Below, in pieces: positions 54,821-64,000 of a stretch of 64,000 nt of DNA. The first letter of the stretch is position 1. Every line of letters starts with the position of its first letter. A program made the position numbers and the translations under genes. Source of the DNA: Terriglobia bacterium (GTDB lineage: Bacteria; Acidobacteriota; Terriglobia; Terriglobales; Acidobacteriaceae); contig CAWFDY010000001.1 in the NCBI GenBank assembly GCA_963814725.1, forward strand, positions 26,780-90,779. The letters are read 5' to 3'. The notes beneath the pieces were generated by a model. The model was not told the DNA's origin and did not search any database. It saw only the letters and a list, made by a program, of their open reading frames with translations.

Positions 54821-55127
54821 AAAGTTGGTGGTGTAATAACGCACTAAAGGAACACCATCCAGAGGATTTTGGGGGTTACGCCGGATTGCGTGACAGGCTA
54901 TAATTAGGCAGGAATGTTGACCGATGCGCCATCGGAATCTCAATTCGCATTTGCCTCCATGCAACCTCGCGGTGATGCCCTCCCAGGCACGTCCCAGTCT
55001 CTTCGGTAGTGACTAGTTTGTAATCCTTTCAAACGATGTGGATTAGGGCTCGATCCGCCTTTTTTCGGCGCGACCGCCCGGCCAACGACTGACAACCGAA
55101 GACTGACGACCGCTCCAGGAGGTTCTA

Positions 55128-56477
55128 ATGACTACCAAGACACTTGCAGGCCCCAGGATCAAGACTGCTCTGCCCGGCCCTAACGCCAAGCGGGTGCTTT
55201 CGGGCGACGAGAAGTACCTTTCGCCCTCTTACACACGGTCCTATCCGCTGGTCGCGAAGCAGGGGCGGGGCATCGTGATCACTGACGTTGACGGCAATGA
55301 ATTTTTCGACTTCTCCGCGGGCATCGCGGTGACTTCGACTGGACACTGCCATCCCGATGTGGTGGCTGCGATCCAGAAGCAGGCGGGCGAGCTGATCCAC
55401 ATGTCGGGCACGGATTTCTATTACGAGAGCATGATCACGCTGGCGGAGCGGCTTTCGAAGATTGCGCCCATGCCGGGGCCGCACCGGATTTATTACGGCA
55501 ATTCCGGCGCCGAGGCGGTGGAAGCCGCGCTCAAGCTGGCGCGGTATCACACCCGGCGGCAGAACGTGATTGCATTTTTCGGCGCCTTCCATGGACGCAC
55601 CATGGGCGCGCTCTCGCTGACGGCGTCGAAGCCGCAGCAGAAGAGGCGCTTCGGGACGGGCGTTCCGGGGGTCACGCACGTGCGCTATCCCGACGTTTAC
55701 CGGGGATGCGAAGGCGGCGCGCAGGATGCTGAGGCGTTCGCGCTCGGGTGCGCCCGTTTTATCGAAGACAAGCTGTTCAAGACCACCATGGCTCCGGAAG
55801 AGGTGGCGGCCATTTTCGTCGAACCGGTGCAGGGCGAAGGCGGGTATGTGGTCGCGCCCACCGTATTTATGAAGGAATTGCGCCGCATCTGCGACAAGCA
55901 CGGCATTCTTCTGGTGGCGGATGAAGTGCAGAGCGGCATGGGACGCACCGGCAAGTGGTGGGCCATCGAGCACACGGGAGTGCAGCCCGACATCGTCTGC
56001 TCGGCGAAGGGGATCGCTTCCGGAATGCCGCTCGGCGTCATGATGAGCCGCGCCGATATCATGGACTGGGTCCCGGGTTCGCATGCCTCAACCTTTGGCG
56101 GCAATCCCGTTTGTATTGCGGCTGCGCTGGCCACACTCGACGTCATCGAGAAGGAAGGGTTGCTGGCCAACTCGACCGAGGTGGGCAACCACATGCTGAA
56201 ACGCATGGCGGACTGGCCGCGTAAACACAAGCTTGTCGGCGACGTCCGGGGCCGGGGACTGATGGTTGGAGTCGAAATCGTCAAGGATAAAAAGACCAAG
56301 GAGTACGGCGCGGAAGAGCGCGACCGTATCATCGAACTGGCCTTCGAGCGCGGCATTCTGCTGCTGGGTTGCGGACCGAGCACGATTCGCATCGCGCCTC
56401 CGCTGGTGGTGAGCAAAGACGAGGCCGACGTTGCCATCGATGTGCTCGATGAGTGCATTGCCTTGGCCAGTAAGTAG
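55128..56477 (+). CDS. Class III PLP aminotransferase (GabT/ArgD-like)
   Basis: DEVQSGMGRTGKWWA and SAKGIASGMPLG (Schiff-base Lys). AGGAGG lies before the ATG. Confidence 0.88.
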   Translation: MTTKTLAGPRIKTALPGPNAKRVLSGDEKYLSPSYTRSYPLVAKQGRGIVITDVDGNEFFDFSAGIAVTSTGHCHPDVVAAIQKQAGELIHMSGTDFYYESMITLAERLSKIAPMPGPHRIYYGNSGAEAVEAALKLARYHTRRQNVIAFFGAFHGRTMGALSLTASKPQQKRRFGTGVPGVTHVRYPDVYRGCEGGAQDAEAFALGCARFIEDKLFKTTMAPEEVAAIFVEPVQGEGGYVVAPTVFMKELRRICDKHGILLVADEVQSGMGRTGKWWAIEHTGVQPDIVCSAKGIASGMPLGVMMSRADIMDWVPGSHASTFGGNPVCIAAALATLDVIEKEGLLANSTEVGNHMLKRMADWPRKHKLVGDVRGRGLMVGVEIVKDKKTKEYGAEERDRIIELAFERGILLLGCGPSTIRIAPPLVVSKDEADVAIDVLDECIALASK

Positions 56478-56479
56478 CG

Positions 56480-56501
56480 GGACGGGCGGAGACGCCCGTC
56501 C
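56480..56501. terminator. GC hairpin GGACGGGCG-GAGA-CGCCCGTCC after the aminotransferase gene
   Basis: Perfect 9-bp stem 3 nt after the stop codon. No clear U-tract. Confidence 0.4.
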
Positions 56502-56528
56502 TCCATCCCGCATTTGGGGAACGCCATC

Positions 56529-56996
56529 ATGAACACAGGAACCGTCGAATACATCTTCATCGCGCCAGCTGCAGCCGCGGCCACGATCTCGGTGAAAGAA
56601 GTTCTTGCCATCCCGGCAGTCGGACTGGAAGGAGATCGCTACGCTTTGCGCCAGGGAACTTTCTACAAACCCGAACCAGACTTCGAACTGACGCTGATCG
56701 AGGTCGAAGCGATCGATGCGCTCAAACGCGATTACAACGTGGCGCTGGCCCCTGCCGAGACCCGGCGAAACCTGGTGACGCGAGGCATCGCGCTGAATCA
56801 TCTGGTGGGAATGGATTTTCAAATTGGCGAAGTGAAGGCCCACGGCATCCGCCTGTGCGAGCCTTGTGAACATCTGCAGCGCCTGACCGGATGCGAGCTC
56901 ATCAAAGGGCTGCGCCACCGCGGCGGCCTGCGGGCGCAGATTCTGGCGCAGGGGACGATTCGCGTCGGGGATTTGCTGAGCGCTCATAAGGACTAG
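56529..56996 (+). CDS. MOSC domain protein
   Basis: About 155 aa with GLEGDRY.., RRNLVT.G, LCEPCEHL pattern. Confidence 0.65.
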   Translation: MNTGTVEYIFIAPAAAAATISVKEVLAIPAVGLEGDRYALRQGTFYKPEPDFELTLIEVEAIDALKRDYNVALAPAETRRNLVTRGIALNHLVGMDFQIGEVKAHGIRLCEPCEHLQRLTGCELIKGLRHRGGLRAQILAQGTIRVGDLLSAHKD

Positions 56997-57071
56997 CACT
57001 TGTGGGTTTGTCCTTGACACCACAACGTGGTGGAGCGAAACTCCGAAATAGAGATCTCTCTAAATTTTTTC

Positions 57072-58304
57072 ATGGATTATTACTCCATCCTGGATAGCGA
57101 TGCTTCCCAGGCGGGGCTGGAACCTGCCCCGCCGGACCTCGCCGCCGCAAATCTGGGCGCGGCGCATCTGGCGTCTGCGGATGCCGATGCGAATGCAGAG
57201 AGTGACACCTCCGATCTGATCCCGTTTGGTAGCGAAAAAGCAGAAGCCGCTTCGGTTGTGGCGGCGCGTGACGCCTTGCGCTTTCCCGGCGAGGATGGCG
57301 GCCGGTCGCTGAGCGAAATGGCGCAGAGGGATCTGGATGCAACCCTGCAATTGCTGGCCGAGCGCGCGCAATACATTACAGGAGCTTCGGGAGCCGCGGT
57401 CGCATTGCGCGACGGCGAGAGCATGGTTTGCTGCGCCAGTTCAGGCCCTTCGGCGCCAGAGCTGGGAGCGCATCTGCAGATCGATTCAGGGCTTTCGGCT
57501 GAGAGTGTCCGCACTCGAAAAATTCTGCGCTGCGACGATGCGGAAAACGATCCGCGGGTGAATCGCGACAGCTGCCGCGCCTTTGGCATCGCTTCCGTGG
57601 TGGTGATGCCGCTGGTTCGCGGAGAAGAAGTTTACGGCGTATTCGAACTGCTCTCCAGCCGGCCCCGCGCTTTTGAAGAACGCGACTTCGTGGCATTGAA
57701 TCGCCTGGCCGAAATGATTCAGACGGCCGTGGAACACTCCGAAGCGGCGCGGCGGGCGGAAAAAGAATTGGGGCATACGGAGAAAATTCCGGCGGTCGTG
57801 GCCGAAGTCGCGCCGGACGCCATAGCACCGGGACTCGGCAGCAATCCCGTCGCATCCGGTTCCGAAACGCGGGGGCCTGTGATCAAGCCGGCAATGGTCG
57901 AAGAAGCTAAACCGGCGGCGCCTGCTCCCATCCCCGCGCCGATCAGTCCAGCTGATTTGACCCCCGATACTTCGCTCTTGGCGAGTACCGACGCGGTTTC
58001 CATTCCCGAACTTCCGGCCGGCGATGACATCGTGGGCGCCGATTTGGACGCATCGATCTCGACCATCGCATTCGGAAATTTGCGGAAATGCGAAGCTTGC
58101 GGCTTCCCGGTATCGCAGGGCAGAAGGCTTTGTCTGGATTGCGAAGCGGCCACCCCGGGAGCTATTGCAAGCGTGGATACGGCTCCCGAATTCTTCAGTG
58201 AGCTTGTCGAACCTGAAACCAGCTGGGTACGCTCGCATGTGTATCTGATCGCTACCGGGCTGATTGCTGCCGCTACGATTGCTTTGCTGCTTTGGCGCTT
58301 CTAG
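57072..58304 (+). CDS. GAF domain protein with C-terminal zinc ribbon and TM anchor
   Basis: GAF-like core (..ITGASGAAVALRDGESMVC..VVVMPLVRGEEVYGVFEL), CEACG..CLDCE ribbon, terminal hydrophobic helix. Confidence 0.7.
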   Translation: MDYYSILDSDASQAGLEPAPPDLAAANLGAAHLASADADANAESDTSDLIPFGSEKAEAASVVAARDALRFPGEDGGRSLSEMAQRDLDATLQLLAERAQYITGASGAAVALRDGESMVCCASSGPSAPELGAHLQIDSGLSAESVRTRKILRCDDAENDPRVNRDSCRAFGIASVVVMPLVRGEEVYGVFELLSSRPRAFEERDFVALNRLAEMIQTAVEHSEAARRAEKELGHTEKIPAVVAEVAPDAIAPGLGSNPVASGSETRGPVIKPAMVEEAKPAAPAPIPAPISPADLTPDTSLLASTDAVSIPELPAGDDIVGADLDASISTIAFGNLRKCEACGFPVSQGRRLCLDCEAATPGAIASVDTAPEFFSELVEPETSWVRSHVYLIATGLIAAATIALLLWRF

Positions 58305-58315
58305 ACAAAAAAATA

Positions 58316-58521
58316 GCAATCCCTGTCATTTTGAGCCCGGCGAGGGGTGTCGCTTGCGACACTAGTCGTGGAGTCGAAGAATGCCTGTCGCTGGTGAGCC
58401 CGGGTGGGGTCGAAAAACCTCTCTAACTGATGAGTCCGGGGTGCGGTAGGTGTCCCTCGACTTGCTCTCACCGCGCAAGCACGTCTCGAGGCGGCGCTCG
58501 GGATGACATTGGCAATCCCTG
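58316..58521. mobile_element. MITE-like element of family C subfamily b
   Basis: TGTCATTTTGAGCCCGGCGAGG.. (58324-) faces ..GCGGCGCTCGGGATGACA (-58508). GCAATCCCTG occurs at both 58316 and 58512. Confidence 0.6.
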
Positions 58522-58671
58522 AACAAAAGCGGTTGAGAGTGCGTATCTTCCAGAGCAGTGGTTCGTTCTCACACATAACGAATGTTGAGTGCTGCTTAGT
58601 CCAGTCCTCACATTGACTTGCAAGGAAGCGCAGCCTACCATCGGGAAATCGTTTTGGAGACTCCAGGTTCA

Positions 58672-61503
58672 ATGACAGGCGAGACCATCTCCCACTACCG
58701 CATCCTCCACCAGCTGGGCGGCGGGGGCATGGGCGTGGTGTATGAGGCTGAGGATTTAAATCTTGGGCGCCACGTGGCGCTTAAGTTCCTGCCTCAGGAG
58801 CTGGAGAAAGACTCGTCGGCGCTGGAGCGCTTCCAGCGGGAAGCCCGGGCGGCCTCGGCCCTGAATCATCCTAATATCTGTACTATCTATGAGATAGGGC
58901 TTGTCGAAAGCCGCTATTTCATCGCCATGGAGCTGCTCGAAGGGCAAACTCTAAAACAGCGCATCGGCAAGCGTGCGATGGAAATGGATGTCCTGACTGA
59001 GTTGGCCATCCACATCGCGGATGCGCTCGATGCGGCGCACTCCAAGGGAATTATTCATCGCGACATTAAGCCGGCCAACATTTTTGTCACCAGCCGAAAT
59101 CAGGCCAAGGTGCTGGATTTCGGGCTGGCGAAACAGACCCTTAAAGCGGAAGCCGTCATGGGCGGGGTCACGGAGGGTGCTCAGGAGACGGTGGATGAGG
59201 AGCTGCTGACCTCTCCCGGATCCACTGTGGGAACCGTGGCCTACATGTCTCCGGAGCAGGCGCGCGGCAAGGAACTGGATACCCGCACGGACCTCTTTTC
59301 CTTCGGTGCTGTGTTGTATGAGATGGCGACTGGAGCGCTGCCCTTTCGGGGCGACACGGCTCCGGTTATTTTCGAGGCCATTCTGAATCGCCCTCCGGCG
59401 TTGCCGGTGCGCCTGAATCCCGACGTGCCCGTGCACCTGGAAGAGATCATCACCAAACTTCTGGAGAAAGACCGCGACCTGCGCTACCAGAGCGCTGCTG
59501 AAGTGCGGGCCGACCTGAAGCGCCTGAAGCGCGACACGGAATCGGGGCTGATCTCGGCAGCCTCAAGTTCAGCGAACCTGCGCGTGGCGCGCCCTCGAAA
59601 ACCCGGGCGGCTATGGAATCTGGCGGTCATGGCGCTGGTGGTAGTGGCTGTGATTGGCCTGGCGATGACGGTCTTCCTGCGCCGGACCCGAGCGGTGATG
59701 ACGGACCGGGACGCCATACTGGTCGCTGATTTTGTGAATACCACGGCTGATCCGGTCTTTGACGGCACGCTCAAGAAAGCGCTGTCCGTGGATCTGGAGC
59801 AGTCGCCCTACCTGAACGTTTTTCCCGAGCAGAAGGTCAGGCAAACCTTGCAATTCATGGGGCGCACTCCGGACGAGCGCATCACCGGAGACGTGGGACG
59901 TGAGATCTGCCAGCGGGTTGGCGTCAAGGCAATGTTGAATGGATCGATTGCCAATCTCGGGAGCCAGTACGTGATCACGCTGGATGCGGTCAACGCCGGA
60001 ACGGGGGAGACGCTGGCCCGGGAAGAGGTGCAGGCGCCCAGCAAGGAAACGGTGTTGAATTCGCTGCACCAGGCGGGTTCCAGTTTGCGTAAGAAGCTGG
60101 GAGAATCGCTGGCATCGGTTCAGAAATACGATAAACCGCTGTCGGAGGCGACCACGTCATCCCTGGAGGCGCTGAAGGCATTCAGCCTGGGAGACATGAA
60201 GCACGAGATGTCGGACGAACTGACTGCCCTGCCGCTCTATCAACGGGCCGTGGAACTGGATCCTAATTTCGCCATGGCTTACGCACGTCTGGGGACCGTG
60301 TACAGCAACCTGGGACAAAGCGAACTCTCCGAAACCAACCGGCAGAAAGCGTTTGAGCTGAGAGACCGGGCCAGCGAACACGAAAAGCTGTACATCGTTT
60401 CGCACTATTACGTGGACTCGGGCCAGCTCGACAAAGGAATCACCGCGCTCGAACTCTACAAGCAGACTTATCCGCGGGACTCGATTCCCTATAACAACCT
60501 GGCTGCCGTTTATAACCAGATGGGGAGATATGAAGACGCGCTCGACAATGCGCGCCAGTCGGTGCAGATCGATCCTGACAGCGCCAGCGCATATTCGAAC
60601 GTCGGCTTTGCCTACGGCGGGCTGAATCGCCTGGACGAAGCCAAGGCAACCTTCAACGAGGCGCTGCAGCATAAGGCCGGGGCGGCATTGGCCCATTCGT
60701 CACTGGCGATCGTGGCCTGGCTGCAGGGTGACAAAGACGGCATGGAGCGGGAACTGGATGCTATGAAGAACGATCCCCAGGGTGAGCTACAGATCACCGG
60801 CCTGCGTTCCGCCATGGCGGTCGCGGCAGGGCAGGTCAAGGCCGGGCGCAGCTTCGGACAGAAGCAGCGGGAAGCCGCCCAACGTCTTGGCTTCAAGGAA
60901 GCGGTGGGGAGCGAATATTCTCAGGAGGCGATTACCGAGGCTACTTTCCTGAATAAGGCTCGCACCCTGGACGATGTATCCCAGGCGCTGAAGCTCTCCC
61001 AGTCCCCCAATGTAGTGCTCAGTTGCGCGATCGCGCTGGCCATGGCGGGGGATGACGCGCGCGCCGCCAGGCTGACGGCGGAGGTCGCGCAGAAGCGTCC
61101 TTACGATACGGTGGTGCAGTTCGTCGCGGTGCCGCTGGTGAATGCTCAGATTGAGCTGAATCGCGGCAACCCGGGAAAAGCGGTGGATCTGCTGGACAGC
61201 GCGCTGGTGTATTCCCGTGGCAGTACGAATGTGCTGTACGTCCGCGGCAATGCGTATCTGAAGACCGGGAAGGGCGACGATGCGGTACAGGCCTTTCAGC
61301 GCCTGCTGGATTTGAAAGGCGTGATCAACATCGATCCCATCATGCCCCTGGCCAAGGTCGGGCTGGCGCGAGCTTACGTTCTGACGGGTGACAAGGCGCG
61401 GGCCCGGGTGGCGTACCAGGATTTCTTAGCGGCGTGGAAAGACGCCGACCCGGACGTTCCCGTGCTATCGCAGGCTAAAGCGGAATATGCGAAGCTGTTA
61501 TAG
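58672..61503 (+). CDS. Ser/Thr protein kinase with TM helix and extracytoplasmic TPR-repeat domain
   Basis: [28 protein letters not shown] and SPEQ motifs. One TM helix near aa 330, then TPR-like repeats. Confidence 0.88.
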   Translation: MTGETISHYRILHQLGGGGMGVVYEAEDLNLGRHVALKFLPQELEKDSSALERFQREARAASALNHPNICTIYEIGLVESRYFIAMELLEGQTLKQRIGKRAMEMDVLTELAIHIADALDAAHSKGIIHRDIKPANIFVTSRNQAKVLDFGLAKQTLKAEAVMGGVTEGAQETVDEELLTSPGSTVGTVAYMSPEQARGKELDTRTDLFSFGAVLYEMATGALPFRGDTAPVIFEAILNRPPALPVRLNPDVPVHLEEIITKLLEKDRDLRYQSAAEVRADLKRLKRDTESGLISAASSSANLRVARPRKPGRLWNLAVMALVVVAVIGLAMTVFLRRTRAVMTDRDAILVADFVNTTADPVFDGTLKKALSVDLEQSPYLNVFPEQKVRQTLQFMGRTPDERITGDVGREICQRVGVKAMLNGSIANLGSQYVITLDAVNAGTGETLAREEVQAPSKETVLNSLHQAGSSLRKKLGESLASVQKYDKPLSEATTSSLEALKAFSLGDMKHEMSDELTALPLYQRAVELDPNFAMAYARLGTVYSNLGQSELSETNRQKAFELRDRASEHEKLYIVSHYYVDSGQLDKGITALELYKQTYPRDSIPYNNLAAVYNQMGRYEDALDNARQSVQIDPDSASAYSNVGFAYGGLNRLDEAKATFNEALQHKAGAALAHSSLAIVAWLQGDKDGMERELDAMKNDPQGELQITGLRSAMAVAAGQVKAGRSFGQKQREAAQRLGFKEAVGSEYSQEAITEATFLNKARTLDDVSQALKLSQSPNVVLSCAIALAMAGDDARAARLTAEVAQKRPYDTVVQFVAVPLVNAQIELNRGNPGKAVDLLDSALVYSRGSTNVLYVRGNAYLKTGKGDDAVQAFQRLLDLKGVINIDPIMPLAKVGLARAYVLTGDKARARVAYQDFLAAWKDADPDVPVLSQAKAEYAKLL

Positions 61504-61569
61504 GAAGCAGCCGCGCTGAGGTTCGGAGTTTGGGCGGCAGGCCTGCTTCTTAACAGTTTTTGCCAAACC

Positions 61570-62658
61570 ATGAGCACCGATTCCATGCAGTACTCCATTG
61601 TCGTCCCGTTCTTCAATGAGCAGGAGAATGTCCCTCCGTTGTACATGAAGTTGACGGAGGTGATGGATGCGGTGGGTGGTCGCTACGAGCTGGTTTTTGT
61701 CGATGACGGAAGCCGCGATAACACTTTCAAAGTCCTGAGTGACATCTACGACCATGACCGGCGGGTCAATCTGGTGCGTCTGCGCAGAAATTTCGGGCAG
61801 ACCGCGGCGCTCAAGGCTGGCTTCGATTTTGCCGTCGGGGAAATCATCATCTCCATGGATGGAGACCTGCAGCACGATCCGGATGAGATTCCGAGCTTCC
61901 TGGCAAAAATCAATGAAGGCTATGACCTGGTGAGCGGCTGGCGGCATGACCGCCAGGATCACTGGCTGATGCGCCGGATTCCGAGTCGCGCAGCCAACTG
62001 GATGATGGCCAGGCTCTCCGGTATCGAGTTGCACGATTTTGGAACCACGTTCAAAGCCTACCGCCGGGAGATTATTCAGGAAATTCAACTCTATGGCGAG
62101 CTGCACCGGTTCATCCCGGCTCTGGCAAGTTCGATGGGCGCGAAGATCGCGGAAGTGCCGATCGTCAATCTCGAACGAAAAAGCGGGAAATCCAACTACG
62201 GCATCGGGCGCACCATTCGCGTCTTTTTCGACCTCATCATCGTGAAATTCCTGCTGGACTATTCCACCCGCCCGCTGCAGTTTTTTGGATTGCTGGGAAT
62301 GAGCGGCGCCGGGATTGGATTTTTAGTCGGCCTGTTTCTGATTTACGAAAAGTTTTACCACCACGTTCCGATCATGAGCGAGCACGGCCCGCTGATGCTG
62401 TTGGCCGTGGCCCTGCTGGTAAGCGGCGCTCAATTCATTTCGATGGGATTGCTAGGCGAGATTATTGCGCGCACTTATTACGAATCACAGAACAAACCCA
62501 TCTATGCGCTGCGCGAAGTCAAGACACGGCGCGAGCAATTGGGCGACTCGGCAGCGTCGGCACGCCCGTCGGAAAATCCCGAGCGCTGTACTGCGAAACC
62601 ATGTGGAGCGCGGACATTCCGGTCCGCCGCCGTTGCTTCAACGATTCACAAGCGATGA
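61570..62658 (+). CDS. Family 2 glycosyltransferase (polyprenyl-phosphate sugar synthase, GtrB/ArnC-like)
   Basis: VVPFFNE, DDGSRD and DGDLQHDP motifs, with two C-terminal TM helices. Confidence 0.85.
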   Translation: MSTDSMQYSIVVPFFNEQENVPPLYMKLTEVMDAVGGRYELVFVDDGSRDNTFKVLSDIYDHDRRVNLVRLRRNFGQTAALKAGFDFAVGEIIISMDGDLQHDPDEIPSFLAKINEGYDLVSGWRHDRQDHWLMRRIPSRAANWMMARLSGIELHDFGTTFKAYRREIIQEIQLYGELHRFIPALASSMGAKIAEVPIVNLERKSGKSNYGIGRTIRVFFDLIIVKFLLDYSTRPLQFFGLLGMSGAGIGFLVGLFLIYEKFYHHVPIMSEHGPLMLLAVALLVSGAQFISMGLLGEIIARTYYESQNKPIYALREVKTRREQLGDSAASARPSENPERCTAKPCGARTFRSAAVASTIHKR

Positions 62659-64000
62659 CGTTCTGCCCCGCCCACGGTGCGCGACATCGGGTGCGTTTGA
62701 AGCTCGACCCAGGAGTTGGCGCCGGGAATCGACGATCTGGCAGACGCGCAATTCTTCATTCGAGTAAGGGCAGAACAGGCCGTCCATCGGACTGGGATTC
62801 TCCAGCAGCACCCAAGTGACTCCGAACTGGGCGCGCAGGTTCTGCAAGCGCACGGCCGAGACGTGCGACCAGTCCGATTGCGCGGTGCTCTGGGCCTTCC
62901 AAGGCTCGGCCAATTCCGGGAACACCGAGGCGGCGCCGCTGTCCTTCTCCTGATCGGCGAGCATGCTGCGTTGCGCGATGGCGCGGAATCCGTGAAGGTC
63001 CACGCCCGACTTCAGCAGGTACTCGGAATCAAGCGCGAACATGGCGTCCTTGGGCGTGTGGTCGCGGATCCACAGAAAACTGGAGAGCCATGCCCCGTGA
63101 TAGTGCACTCCGGGGCTCTCGATATGCGGGCTGGCGGGATAAGTTGCGACATCGAGCGCGAACATGGCGGTCGAGAGGACTCCAAAGCAAAGGATCCAGC
63201 GCCAGGCGTGGGCGCGCAGCACGTATTCGCCCAGCAATCCACCCAGCAAAACGAAAAACACAACATAGATCAGGTGGAAACCTCGCATGGGCTGAAACCG
63301 GAGCAGGTAGGAGAAATCAAGATCGCTGGCCAGCAGCAACCCGGCTACGATTGAGATCAATCCCAAACCCACCAAAGTCTTGGCGACGCGGGAGAAAGCC
63401 GGAAGAGTCGACTTCAGTGAGAGCCCAGCAAACACCGTCAGGATGACGAGGGGAGCGAAAGCTCCAACCCACTCCCACCAGTGCCAGGTGGTCACGAGAA
63501 AGTAGGCACGGGTTGCCAGCACCTCGCGGTAAGCGCCCTGCGGAGGCTGTAAATGCATTTGGATCAGAAAGGGCAGTAACGAGAAAGCGGGAAAAACTGT
63601 GGCGGCCTCTCTCAGTCTGAGCCGCTGGGGAGACCGGGAAACGAAGGCCGTCAGCAAACCGAATCCGGCTCCATAAATCGCCATCTGCGGATGGATAAAA
63701 AATGCGCCCACCAGCCACAGGCATGCGGAACGCGTTCGCTTGGCAACAAAGCAGGAAGCGGAGATCAGGACCAGCGGCGTGGAAAGCGATCTCGAGGTCA
63801 GGTAGGAATCCGCGATAATTAGCGCAGTTCCGGCCACGGGCACGCTGAGCAGCGCGGCCAGCAATCCTACGCCAGCCCAGCGCGCACCTTCATTTCGAAA
63901 ACACTGACTGGCCAGTTCGTAGGCCGCCCACAGCAGCAGAAATTGCGCAAAGGCAAACCACAGCAGCATGCTCCACTCGATGGAAAATCCGGTGAGCCAG
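62638..64000 (-). CDS. Large polytopic membrane protein (possible GT-C-type glycosyltransferase), 5' end outside window
   Basis: At least 10 TM helices followed by a soluble C-terminal domain. The frame stays open upstream of ATG 63969 to the window edge. Confidence 0.6.
   Translation of the reverse strand, partial: WLTGFSIEWSMLLWFAFAQFLLLWAAYELASQCFRNEGARWAGVGLLAALLSVPVAGTALIIADSYLTSRSLSTPLVLISASCFVAKRTRSACLWLVGAFFIHPQMAIYGAGFGLLTAFVSRSPQRLRLREAATVFPAFSLLPFLIQMHLQPPQGAYREVLATRAYFLVTTWHWWEWVGAFAPLVILTVFAGLSLKSTLPAFSRVAKTLVGLGLISIVAGLLLASDLDFSYLLRFQPMRGFHLIYVVFFVLLGGLLGEYVLRAHAWRWILCFGVLSTAMFALDVATYPASPHIESPGVHYHGAWLSSFLWIRDHTPKDAMFALDSEYLLKSGVDLHGFRAIAQRSMLADQEKDSGAASVFPELAEPWKAQSTAQSDWSHVSAVRLQNLRAQFGVTWVLLENPSPMDGLFCPYSNEELRVCQIVDSRRQLLGRASNAPDVAHRGRGRTSSLVNR

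Overview
GC-rich (about 60% by eye) bacterial chromosomal segment. The gene content points to Acidobacteriota, which is an inference: an S53 sedolisin, a giant FG-GAP/VCBS protein, PadR with a permease-prefix membrane protein, an ECF sigma/anti-sigma/DUF3106-like trio, and a PQQ-propeller dehydrogenase with a dihaem cytochrome c. I call about 55 protein genes, two tRNAs (Val-CAC and a CAT-anticodon tRNA) and one IS3 transposase remnant. Most genes are core or housekeeping (gltX, lpxC, folK, HU, leuB, a LeuA-like synthase, aminotransferase, dehydratase), mixed with secreted hydrolases and signalling proteins. I found no CRISPR array, no intact mobile element, no prophage and no complete recognisable defence system. 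I could not support a wholly new multi-gene system from sequence alone. The observations most worth a second look are: (1) Small GC-rich hairpin repeats in at least seven families occupy about half of the intergenic gaps. Some supply the last codons or the stop codon of genes, including gltX, the LeuA-like gene and the EamA gene. (2) c-di-GMP signalling genes are concentrated here, including a GAF-GGDEF-HD-GYP hybrid, a second GGDEF, a REC-HD-GYP and a REC-PilZ. (3) At the left edge, a 5'-truncated DUF2075 P-loop ATPase is followed by a stand-alone PD-(D/E)XK nuclease ORF bracketed by direct repeat copies. This is the best accessory or defence-like candidate, but it is cut by the window edge. 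(4) A LysR gene with a perfect 13-13-13 dyad sits next to a short LeuA-like gene lacking the regulatory domain, followed by leuB. All start codons and repeat boundaries were set by eye and are approximate.
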